This document shows, piece after piece, positions 48,756 through 57,450 of a stretch of DNA of 59,611 nucleotides. Source of the DNA: Candidatus Heimdallarchaeota archaeon (GTDB taxonomy: Archaea > Asgardarchaeota > Heimdallarchaeia > Hodarchaeales > Hodarchaeaceae). Position numbers and translations under genes: made by a program. A model generated the notes under the pieces. The model saw only the letters and a list, made by a program, of their open reading frames with translations. It made no database searches and was not told where the DNA came from. The DNA is taken from positions 1 through 59,611 of the forward strand of contig JBHLSH010000012.1 in assembly GCA_048881705.1 (NCBI GenBank), read 5' to 3'. Numbering within the stretch: the first letter of the stretch is position 1; each line of letters begins with the position of its first letter.

Positions 48756-50141
48756 CTAAATCCATTGGTTCAAAAATTTTCCGCGTTCGACTAGAGCGTT
48801 CATTCCATCAACGGCATCTTCCGCTGTGGTAAAGACGGGGATACCATAATTCTCAAACTTGGCATTGACTATAGGATCAGGAAGATTGTACACGAGTATA
48901 GGCTTGGTTGGAAACTCCTTATGTAGTACAGCTACCCGTGCAGGAGTGTCATGAGAGACGACGGGAGCATCAGATCTTGGAACAAGTATGATTCCGCTTA
49001 CAGAAGGATCTTTCAAAAAAACACGAGAAATGCTTTCGATTACTTCGGTAGTTGCACTACCAGTCAGGTCTAAAAAGGCTCTGGGCTTACTATCTGAATC
49101 CCTGGAAAGAAAAGTCTGTACGTTATGTTTCCTGATGATAGTTTCTGCTGCCTTGGCTGTCTCTGCCCTTAACGTCGCTAGTTTTAGTTTGTATCTGGTC
49201 ATTCTATATAAGGCCATTGCTCCGGGACCACCCGTGTTTGTTACGATTGCTATTTGAGAACCTAGGGTAGGTGGTTGTTTATAGAGAGCTCTAATAGAAT
49301 TTACAAACTGTTGCGTCGAATCGCATTGGATAATCCCTGATCTTCGAAGAATTTCCTTATACAATCCCATACTCTTGGAACTGAGAACAGCACCAGTATG
49401 GCTTCTAGCAGCCATAGTTACTTCCTCAGTTATAGGTAATTTCAAAGCAACGATTGGTTTTTTTTGTGCGACATTCTTTGAAGTTTCTATAAATTTCCTA
49501 CCTGCCTTGACAACCTCGAGATACGCACCAATCACTCGTGTATTTGTATCCTGGCCAAAAAACTCAATAAAATCTGTTTCGTTTAAATCCGCAGCATTTC
49601 CATATGATACAAATCGTCTTAACCCAATTTTATTTCTTTGTAATGCCAATAGCAGGTCAATGGCCAATGACCCTGATTGGCTGATCAAGCTTACAGGCCC
49701 TTTCTCTGGAAGTTCAAAGTTAGCAAAAATTGTATTCAACTGTGTCTGTGTATCGATTACACCTAGACAATTGGGGCCTATCAACCGTGACTTTCCAAGG
49801 TTTTGAACCAAAGCATCTTGAAGGTCGTCCTTTCCAATTTCAGAGAAACCTGCTGTGATGCAGACAATTGCAGGGATTCCGTATTCAGCAGCTTCAGAGA
49901 CAGCCTTTACGGCGATTTTGGCTGGAACTACTACTACAGCTAGATCAGGAACTATTGGCAATTCGAAAACTGATGAATAGCATTTAATGCCCATTATTTT
50001 CTCAACATTAGGATTGATGGGGTATACACTCCCGTGAAAGGGCACAACGAAATGATTAAAGATTAGCCTCCCGTATTTGTGCTCATCACTGCTGGCCCCG
50101 ATTACTGTCACCGATTTGGGGGCGAAAAATAATTCTAGCAC
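48756..50141 (-). CDS. acdA: ADP-forming acetate/acyl-CoA ligase, alpha subunit
   Basis: VIGAS, YPINP, AGFSE, GPNCLG, SQSG, SYGNAADL, AARSHTGA (phospho-His), TNTGGPG, DLTG. Confidence 0.9.
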   Translation of the reverse strand: MLELFFAPKSVTVIGASSDEHKYGRLIFNHFVVPFHGSVYPINPNVEKIMGIKCYSSVFELPIVPDLAVVVVPAKIAVKAVSEAAEYGIPAIVCITAGFSEIGKDDLQDALVQNLGKSRLIGPNCLGVIDTQTQLNTIFANFELPEKGPVSLISQSGSLAIDLLLALQRNKIGLRRFVSYGNAADLNETDFIEFFGQDTNTRVIGAYLEVVKAGRKFIETSKNVAQKKPIVALKLPITEEVTMAARSHTGAVLSSKSMGLYKEILRRSGIIQCDSTQQFVNSIRALYKQPPTLGSQIAIVTNTGGPGAMALYRMTRYKLKLATLRAETAKAAETIIRKHNVQTFLSRDSDSKPRAFLDLTGSATTEVIESISRVFLKDPSVSGIILVPRSDAPVVSHDTPARVAVLHKEFPTKPILVYNLPDPIVNAKFENYGIPVFTTAEDAVDGMNALVERGKFLNQWI

Positions 50142-50217
50142 GCGATTTTCATCTCAGATGTGTAGGATTTTGTTGAAGTAAACCTTCTGGAGCTAGTTAA
50201 TTGCATCAGCTGAGTGC

Positions 50218-51075
50218 CTACCTAAAGGCTGCGATATTCTTGGAAGGTTGACAGGTTCTGCAAAAATTGGTAAGTCTTTTCGTTTTGATCACTCTTAAGG
50301 GACGGTTACAGATGGGACAAGGCTCACCTCCACGCAAATGAACCTGAAAAAGCTGCTTTCGCCAAACCTTTTCGTTATTTAATTTGTGATTAGAATTTAA
50401 GTCAATAAGAATATGATTCGTCGCGTTGGTCAACACCTGTTTGCTGGATTGAAACAGTTTTTCTAAATCCTCTTTAGAAAGCTGAGTTCTTTTTGTAAAA
50501 GGATGGATTTGAGCTTCAAAGAGAATTTCATCGGCATATGCATTTCCTATACCAGCTACAAATTGTTGATTGGTTAAAATGGATTTAATTTCTCCCCGAT
50601 AACGTGCAACTCTACTTTGAAACGTATTTGGGTCAATTGAAAGGATATCTGGTCCAAAACGTGTCACTACGGGAGGTATTTTGCGAGGCTGATCTAAGTG
50701 GAAACGAAAGATCCATATGCTTCCATGGAGGCGCCGATCATGGTAGATGAGCTCAGTACGATTTTCGATTACAAATCTAATAACAGTCTTCGCTGGAAGG
50801 CTCTTTTTTTCTCTCCTCCAAGAAAGACGGCCAGTCAATCCAAAATCCAGGAATATTTCAAACCCTGTTGATCCTTGGATCGTGATAGTATGTAATATTT
50901 TTCCTATTCTCTGGAATTCCGAAAATTTGGCCCCTGGAAGTTCGTTAACAAACTCTTCCACACCTGGAGTACGGATAACCGTATGCAATGAAGTAAACAC
51001 TCGTTTGATGACCTTTCCTTCCAGAATTTGACCTAAATATTGTCGAATCGCTTCGATTTCTGGGAGTTCAGGCAT
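50218..51075 (-). CDS. mutM: Fpg/Nei family DNA glycosylase/AP lyase
   Basis: N-terminal MPELPE, RIGK, GIGNAYADEILF (H2TH), Zn finger CPIC...FCRTCQ. Confidence 0.92.
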   Translation of the reverse strand: MPELPEIEAIRQYLGQILEGKVIKRVFTSLHTVIRTPGVEEFVNELPGAKFSEFQRIGKILHTITIQGSTGFEIFLDFGLTGRLSWRREKKSLPAKTVIRFVIENRTELIYHDRRLHGSIWIFRFHLDQPRKIPPVVTRFGPDILSIDPNTFQSRVARYRGEIKSILTNQQFVAGIGNAYADEILFEAQIHPFTKRTQLSKEDLEKLFQSSKQVLTNATNHILIDLNSNHKLNNEKVWRKQLFQVHLRGGEPCPICNRPLRVIKTKRLTNFCRTCQPSKNIAAFR

Positions 51076-51250
51076 CGACCAAGCTTCCTACGGAGAGAAA
51101 ATATGAATCCTTCCAAAACAATCCATGAGTAAATATTGATTTTTGATATTCTTGTTTCAAAGAGTTCACAACAAGAGCGAAAAAACTTGCAGAATCACTT
51201 TCGGAAGAATGCAATTCTCGAATTCAGCAGACCAGAAGTTATATCCAGAA

Positions 51251-51988
51251 TCATATTGCTTTTTCTATCCGATTTTTGATCCTCGCGAGCTCCCGCTCTC
51301 CTCTTTCAAATTCCTTTTCTGGGACAATTAGAATGAGAAAAAACCTATCCTTCAATGTATCGACAAATACATAATATGCTGAACGGATCCTAAATCGAAT
51401 TCGTGAAATCTCCAGACCAATTTTCAGCCCACTTTCGAGTAGATTTTTACACATTAATCCTAGCGAGTTGGCTATGGGATTTATCTCTGGGATTGTAATC
51501 GCGGTGAAAACTTGGTGATACCATGGTTTTGCTAAAATGATATAGTCTGAGTAAATCGCATTTTCCATAAGCTTGATGATCTTAGAAAGTCCTACTGCGT
51601 CTATGGAAATTAATTCGGAATATTTTTCTTTTAAATAATCATGAAAGTCATCAAACATCTCCGAATTAAAAGAGAGGCCATCCACCAACTGCTTACGGAA
51701 ACTAGTCTCGAATTTGGACAAGGTAGCCTCTGCAAACTCATGTTCTTTTAAATCGTTCTCAAAGCCGAAATACAAACCATACGTATACTCTCCTTCAACT
51801 ATGTGAACAAAATATCTGCCCTGGTCTATGCTTCGTAGCTCGGATCCATCTTGGGTCTCTTTTACTGCATTCAAAACTGCTGTCATTAGTCCTGCCCGGA
51901 GATCTTCGTCCACGTCAGAGAATCCAGGCACAAAGAAATGGGAAAAAAGCATTAAACCGTTTTTCGATGTGATATTAACTCCTATCAC
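51251..51988 (-). CDS. Longin-like domain fused to a second small alpha/beta (roadblock/longin-like) domain
   Basis: VNITSKNGLMLFS, LRAGLMTAVLNAVKE, LRSIDQG, helix ending KFETSF..L....F..F (typical Asgard longin layout); aa ~126-245 show a helix-strands-helix pattern. Confidence 0.65.
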   Translation of the reverse strand: MIGVNITSKNGLMLFSHFFVPGFSDVDEDLRAGLMTAVLNAVKETQDGSELRSIDQGRYFVHIVEGEYTYGLYFGFENDLKEHEFAEATLSKFETSFRKQLVDGLSFNSEMFDDFHDYLKEKYSELISIDAVGLSKIIKLMENAIYSDYIILAKPWYHQVFTAITIPEINPIANSLGLMCKNLLESGLKIGLEISRIRFRIRSAYYVFVDTLKDRFFLILIVPEKEFERGERELARIKNRIEKAI

Positions 51989-52139
51989 GTGAATTACACC
52001 AAAAACATAAGTTTTTAGGCATTAAAAGGATATGATTGTCACGCCTAGAGATATGCACCCGATTTTTTTAATTTCCTTGGCATAAGAAGCAATGGATCAA
52101 AATAGATAAAGATGTTGCTGATTTGGTTTATACAGGCAG

Positions 52140-53408
52140 ATGTCCCCTCTCATTATTGATCCAAGATTGTCGGGCGCTTCGGGCGACATGCTTATTGCTG
52201 CACTACTTGACATGCACTCTGACGCTGTGAAATCCAATTTTTGTCAGTTATTACAGTCTAACATCCGCAAAATTGATCCCCATTTTGAAATAATCCTTCA
52301 AAAGATAAATAATGGAGGTATTGTTGGGACACAATTACACACCAAGTGTTCTAAGGTATTTTCAGTATCAGAAATTCGCCAACACATAGATCAATTGGGT
52401 AATAATCTCTCATTTTCAGGTCCTGCCCTATTAATGGCTAGATCAGCATTCGATATTCTGGTAAACGCGGAAATAGGTGTACATGGGGTAACTTCAGATT
52501 CAGATAACCCCCATCTTCATGAATTGGCATCCACAGACACGATATTTGATATTGTCGGCTTTTTTTATCTTTGGAATACTTTGGGGTTTATTCAAGAAGA
52601 AATAATCCTACTTCCGATTTCAGTAGGAGGGGGAACAGTGGAAATAGCTCACGGCAAAGTATCAGTTCCTGCTCCCGCTACCATAGAGATTATTCGAAAA
52701 GGGAATCTATATATCCAGGGAGGTCCAATAGCAAAGGAATTGCTCACACCAACAGGGGCTGCGCTTCTGGCTTCCATCCAACCGGAATCCCAAACCCTCT
52801 TTCCACGTGTGGTCATTAAAAAGATTGGTAGAAGCTTCGGAACTCGTCGTTATGGCAGTAACGTTACTCTCTACCTTCAGATCATATCCGCGTTCAAACA
52901 AGAAATACTTCAAGGGGAGGAAATAGCAGTTTTGGAAACCAACGTGGACGATGTGAATGGGGAAACTTTAGGATATTTGTTTGAAACCCTGTTAAAGGAT
53001 TCCCTGGTTCTCGATCTGAGCATACTCCCTACGATAACCAAAAAGAATCGACCGGGACATCTTGTTCGGGTTATTGTTGATCCCTCAAAGATAATGCAGG
53101 TAACCAAAGTTCTTTCCAGTGAGCTTGGAACGCTTGGAGTCAGGTATTTACCAGGATTCCGCCATATTGTCGCTCGTAGGCAAGAAACTCACCAGATCAA
53201 GATTTTTGATAAAGATGAAACAGTTCGAGTTAAGATTGGTTACCTGGGTGACGAACAAATATCATACAAAGTAGAATTCGAAGATTTAAATCGGATTGCT
53301 GGGAAAGCAAATATCTCACTCCAAGATGCGCGAAAACGTGTCATAAGAGAACTTTCTAGACTCAAAGAAGAAAACGAAATCTCTAAAACAGGGAACGCTG
53401 ATGAATGA
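52140..53408 (+). CDS. larC: Nickel-pincer cofactor nickel-insertion protein LarC
   Basis: SGASGDMLIAAL, HLHE...DTIFDI, PAPAT, ELLTPTGAA, LETNVDD, KKNRPG, GTLGVR, KVEFED. Confidence 0.93.
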   Translation: MSPLIIDPRLSGASGDMLIAALLDMHSDAVKSNFCQLLQSNIRKIDPHFEIILQKINNGGIVGTQLHTKCSKVFSVSEIRQHIDQLGNNLSFSGPALLMARSAFDILVNAEIGVHGVTSDSDNPHLHELASTDTIFDIVGFFYLWNTLGFIQEEIILLPISVGGGTVEIAHGKVSVPAPATIEIIRKGNLYIQGGPIAKELLTPTGAALLASIQPESQTLFPRVVIKKIGRSFGTRRYGSNVTLYLQIISAFKQEILQGEEIAVLETNVDDVNGETLGYLFETLLKDSLVLDLSILPTITKKNRPGHLVRVIVDPSKIMQVTKVLSSELGTLGVRYLPGFRHIVARRQETHQIKIFDKDETVRVKIGYLGDEQISYKVEFEDLNRIAGKANISLQDARKRVIRELSRLKEENEISKTGNADE

Positions 53409-54210
53409 CATTGAGACAATATTAAAACAATTTAAGAGTGGTAATATATCTCTTGAAGACGCAATTAAGAACCTTCGACTATTTTCTTTAAATTATATAG
53501 AAGGAGGAGTGACCTTGGATGAAGGTCGTCATGTCAGAAAGGGGATACCTGAGGTTATTTTTGCAGAGAGGAAACCTATAGAAACCTTGAAACGTATTAT
53601 CAAATCTCATTTACAGAATAATCAGTCGCTCCTGTTGTCTCGCGTGTTTAATGATCATTTAGCTATGCTAAAGAAAGAATTCAGTAACCAGTTTGATATA
53701 CAGGTAAGTCCTTCATTTGAACCCTATTCAGTTCTCCTAAAAACCAGGGATTTTGAATTTGAGTATTTTTCGTCCAAAATTGGCATTTTAACAGCTGGTA
53801 CTTCCGATCTACCTATTGCTGAGGAAGCCAAAGCAATAGCTAAATTAATGGGGGTAGAAGCGGTTCAATTCCATGATGTTGGAATTGCAGGTGTCCACCG
53901 TCTATTTGAGCCATTAAGAAAGCTTGTCGAAGAAGATGTGAAAGCTATTGTTGTTGTAGCTGGAATGGAAGGCGCTTTACCGGCTGTTGTTTCAAGTTTG
54001 GTGGATATACCAGTTATAGGCGTTCCTTGTTCTACTGGATATGGATACGGTGGAAAAGGGGTTGGAGCGTTAATGACAATGCTCCAAACATGCTCTCCTG
54101 GTTTAGTAGTTGTGAATATTGACAACGGGATTAACGCAGGAGCAACCGCGGCCTTGATCGCCAAACAAGCTGAGAAATCAAGTTCAAATACGAAAAATCT
54201 ATCAAATTGA
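53401..54210 (+). CDS. larB: Nickel-pincer cofactor carboxylase/hydrolase LarB
   Basis: RKGIPEVIF, TAGTSDLPIAEEA, DVGIAGVHRL, VAGMEGALP, TGYG, TCSPG..VVNIDNG; 8-bp overlap with larC. Confidence 0.95.
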   Translation: MNDIETILKQFKSGNISLEDAIKNLRLFSLNYIEGGVTLDEGRHVRKGIPEVIFAERKPIETLKRIIKSHLQNNQSLLLSRVFNDHLAMLKKEFSNQFDIQVSPSFEPYSVLLKTRDFEFEYFSSKIGILTAGTSDLPIAEEAKAIAKLMGVEAVQFHDVGIAGVHRLFEPLRKLVEEDVKAIVVVAGMEGALPAVVSSLVDIPVIGVPCSTGYGYGGKGVGALMTMLQTCSPGLVVVNIDNGINAGATAALIAKQAEKSSSNTKNLSN

Positions 54211-54235
54211 GTTTTTCCCCCTGAGGTTGATCTAA

Positions 54236-54925
54236 ATGTCTGAAAATGATGAAGAAAAGGAACTGAAGAAGGTAATTTCAGGGGAAAATGGAGACCAAGA
54301 ACCTTCAGAACCGGAACCGGTTTCTGATTCCGAGAGGGAGTCACCTCAGAAAAAGAAGTATGTGTTTAATTGTACCAAATGTGGCCAATGTTGTGAAAAC
54401 AGACCATTCTTGCCTATCACCCTTGCGGATGTGCAGGCCTGGGCTAAAACAGGAACCCTAAATGCAGTGTTGCCCCATCTACGTATCCAGAGTTTTAAGA
54501 CTTCAGTAGGAGAAGGCGAACAACAACCTCAGGAGTTTGTCTCTCTAGTTTTAAAGGGAACAGAAGATAATCATTGCCCCATGTACGATGCTACAAACAA
54601 GCTTTGTAATGTCTATCACTCCTTACCCCTAGAATGTAAAGCCTTTCCATTAGGATACAATGGAAAGAATTACTATATTAAAGACAAATCCGTACCTGGT
54701 CTTGGGAATGGGACAATGACCAAGGAGCGCCTGATCGAAGATCGGAATGCAGCCAAAGCAGATTTTGATGCAAGGATCGACTCTCAAGTGTCGGTCTCAA
54801 TACTCTACAGTCTCTTCATGCAAAGTATTCTAGAGCAACAAAGGAGAGTAATGGACGAAATGCCTGAAGATAAAAGAAAACAGCTGGATGAACTCTTAAA
54901 ATCCACCGATCCAAAGACTGAATGA
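54236..54925 (+). CDS. YkgJ-family CxxCxxCC (Zn/Fe-S chelating) protein
   Basis: FNCTKCGQCC, CPMYD, LCNVYHSLPLECKAFP. Confidence 0.88.
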   Translation: MSENDEEKELKKVISGENGDQEPSEPEPVSDSERESPQKKKYVFNCTKCGQCCENRPFLPITLADVQAWAKTGTLNAVLPHLRIQSFKTSVGEGEQQPQEFVSLVLKGTEDNHCPMYDATNKLCNVYHSLPLECKAFPLGYNGKNYYIKDKSVPGLGNGTMTKERLIEDRNAAKADFDARIDSQVSVSILYSLFMQSILEQQRRVMDEMPEDKRKQLDELLKSTDPKTE

Positions 54926-54941
54926 TTTTATAACAGTAATT

Positions 54942-55592
54942 TCAATCTTCCAATTCGATGCTATGTTTGCATTGGGAGCAAACCCACTTTCCGAAGGGTA
55001 AGATGTCCTTCTTTCGTGCAGTAACATTGACGATTGTGGAATAGGGTAAAAGGTGGCCTTTGGCACAAACAGGACAGACGGGTGTTGTAATTAACTCGGG
55101 CTGACTATTGCTAGATCCCTTTTTTATATTCGAAGGGAATTTGGGAATTTCTGTCAGCATTGACTTAGATTTTTGCGGTTGGGAGGTCTTTTTCTTCCTT
55201 GTTAGTTTTTTTTGACTTGGTTTCGTATTTTTTTTGGCAGAAGGGGCTTTCTTCGATGGTTTTTTCTTCGTTATTGCCTTTTTATCCAAGGGGCCTATTC
55301 CTCTGATTGGAAACGTTTCGATAATTGCCTCTTGAAATTCAATTGGCTCTTTACCTTGATCGGCAGCGTGCACTCTAAATGTGAGACCATAAAGTCGCCT
55401 GATCTCTTGTGCTGCTGTACTAGAAATAAATTTGGTCTTTACATCAGCCTCTTGACCCACCCATATCCATATCTCTTTTTTTTGCTCATTAACCAGAATG
55501 AAGACCTCTTTTGCCTTCATTTTTTCTTTTTTGAAAGCAACGGGATCCCAATTGCCATCCTCTTGAACCTGGTATGCCACTAAATGAGTCAA
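54942..55592 (-). CDS. Single gelsolin-domain protein with a Lys-rich linker and a C-terminal Zn ribbon
   Basis: aa ~1-95 EVFIL...IWIWVG..A....KF....A..IR......V...DQGKEPIEF match the gelsolin repeat; then a KK-rich linker; then CPVC...CSQC. Confidence 0.8.
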   Translation of the reverse strand: MTHLVAYQVQEDGNWDPVAFKKEKMKAKEVFILVNEQKKEIWIWVGQEADVKTKFISSTAAQEIRRLYGLTFRVHAADQGKEPIEFQEAIIETFPIRGIGPLDKKAITKKKPSKKAPSAKKNTKPSQKKLTRKKKTSQPQKSKSMLTEIPKFPSNIKKGSSNSQPELITTPVCPVCAKGHLLPYSTIVNVTARKKDILPFGKWVCSQCKHSIELED

Positions 55593-55686
55593 TAGTGTAC
55601 CTTCTTTACGAACAAGCCAATTGAGGCGAAATTCAAAAGATGCTTAAAACCTGCTGCGGATCCCCGCATATTACCCCAGAGCTTGT

Positions 55687-56322
55687 TTAGGTTTGATGGT
55701 TGATCTTTGGCTCCGACAAAAGAGTTTGAGCTAGGATGAGCTGTATAGGTATATGTTGGGGCTTAACCAACTTTTGAAGTACAATCTCATCCGATCTTTC
55801 CTCGACCTGTCCAAAGGCTGCAAAATCGGCATACTCTTTCCAGCGAGAATGATCCTTTTCTAGGTGTACCTCGAAGAGAAGCTCCCGTAACGCAATTCCA
55901 TTGAAAGTTGTAATCTTTCGTGCAACTTGGATCGTGCATGAACCCAAATTAAAGATCAGATAGCGTTTCGGGACCTTAAATCTTCCCATTTTCCAAGTCA
56001 TGTTTCCTTGAATGCCACCAAAGGTTTCTGGTATAAGATTGGGCATCCACGAGAAATAGCTTATGGATAAGATAAGAATTCCAAAGCTGAGAATTAACGG
56101 CTGAATAACCTGTATCGACAAGATCCCGCCCGTTACCAAAGGAGCAGCAGCACCAAATACATCTTCTGAAATCGCTTCGAATTGAGTTTCTCTATCATTT
56201 CCGTTAGTGCTTAGAAAAGAGATATCTAACATACCCAAACCAATGATAGATAAGCCAATCACGAAAAAACCTAGAAATTTAAATCTGAATCTCCTGGTGA
56301 TCTTTTGAGGAAGAATTAACAT
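55687..56322 (-). CDS. Hypothetical membrane protein (two TM segments plus a C-terminal soluble domain)
   Basis: Hydrophobic segments at aa ~16-36 and ~58-92; TAATG 1-bp overlap with the upstream gene. Confidence 0.65.
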   Translation of the reverse strand: MLILPQKITRRFRFKFLGFFVIGLSIIGLGMLDISFLSTNGNDRETQFEAISEDVFGAAAPLVTGGILSIQVIQPLILSFGILILSISYFSWMPNLIPETFGGIQGNMTWKMGRFKVPKRYLIFNLGSCTIQVARKITTFNGIALRELLFEVHLEKDHSRWKEYADFAAFGQVEERSDEIVLQKLVKPQHIPIQLILAQTLLSEPKINHQT

Positions 56323-56843
56323 TACTCATGACTCCCATTACTTTTTTTTAGGAACTTCGTCAGTTCAGCGCCGTGGAGTTGTACTAGTTCAACTAATCTA
56401 AGAACCAGTCTATTTTCGGTATTTGCAAATGCTAACTTAAGCCTGGAATGAATCTCCTTCATTCTAACCAAACGTAGCCGTTGTAAGGTCGACAAGTCTC
56501 TATACACAGATTTCGATTGCACCGATATTCCCAGTGACCTTGCCAATTCTATTCCAGAGCTTCCCGCTGGATGGATAGCGATCAATTGCATCAGAATCAA
56601 TCTTTGATGAAAGGTTAGTGGATTGGTGAATAGGAATATGAGTCCCGCATAATAGTCCTGAGTTAAGTTGAAGAGGCGCTCGTGGAGCGAACTGGCGAAT
56701 TGTTTGAGCTCTGGTCGCACCTCTGCGCTAGTCTTGAGAGAGGACAGGATATCCTTTAGAGTTTCAGGAGTATTATGTTCTTCGTTTTGTTGGTTAACCA
56801 TATCCATTCTTCTCTTTAAACCGGTTATCTGGTATTTAATCAC
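56322..56843 (-). CDS. Winged-helix DNA-binding domain protein
   Basis: QRLILMQL....GSSGIELARSLGI...SVYRDLSTLQRLRLV. Confidence 0.6.
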   Translation of the reverse strand: MIKYQITGLKRRMDMVNQQNEEHNTPETLKDILSSLKTSAEVRPELKQFASSLHERLFNLTQDYYAGLIFLFTNPLTFHQRLILMQLIAIHPAGSSGIELARSLGISVQSKSVYRDLSTLQRLRLVRMKEIHSRLKLAFANTENRLVLRLVELVQLHGAELTKFLKKSNGSHE

Positions 56844-56947
56844 CCTTTATGGTGTTGTAAACTACACCATTATCATATTGAATAGATTCTTTGCTCTGGG
56901 TACATAATCAAAATAAAAATGCTTTTTATTTAGATTGAGGTCCACCG

Positions 56948-57448
56948 ATGATACTTACAAATGCAAAAAGCTTGGTCAGGAAGGTTACGGGATTTTCGGA
57001 GAAGGTAAATCAGGACGAAATTAACTACGAAACAGTGATCAAAGGAACAACTTTGGACGTCTATTTTTTTCTTCTCAGAAAAAAGGCCGCAGCAGGCGTT
57101 AGAGAAATCCAACGGGCGTTAGGCCTCTCCTCTCCGAGCGTTAGTGCGTACCATCTAGACAAGCTCGAGACTTTGGGGGTTGTCCGCAAAAACCGGTTCG
57201 GGAATTATGAGATATCTAAAAAGATTGATATCGCTACTCTAAATCAGTTCATATTAGTGGGAAATTTCGCGCTTCCTCGTTTCCTTTTTTATGCAGTTTT
57301 TGTTTCTATGCTATTTGGGGGATACATATTACTCTTCCTGACCGTTCCAATCTCAACGGGAGAGGTTTTTGCATTACTTTTTGGATTTGTTTCCACTGTG
57401 ATATGTTGGATTGAAACAGGACTGAGTTGGCGGAACAAACCTTTCTAA
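56948..57448 (+). CDS. Membrane-tethered winged-helix regulator (wHTH plus two TM helices)
   Basis: GVREIQRALGLSSPSVSAYHLDKLETLGVVRK followed by two C-terminal TM helices. Confidence 0.8.
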   Translation: MILTNAKSLVRKVTGFSEKVNQDEINYETVIKGTTLDVYFFLLRKKAAAGVREIQRALGLSSPSVSAYHLDKLETLGVVRKNRFGNYEISKKIDIATLNQFILVGNFALPRFLFYAVFVSMLFGGYILLFLTVPISTGEVFALLFGFVSTVICWIETGLSWRNKPF

Positions 57449-57450
57449 TA

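Noticed and set aside
55655-55668. Hairpin TGCGG-ATCC-CCGCA upstream of the gelsolin gene
   Set aside because: A 5-bp stem with no T-tract is expected by chance in 60 kb.
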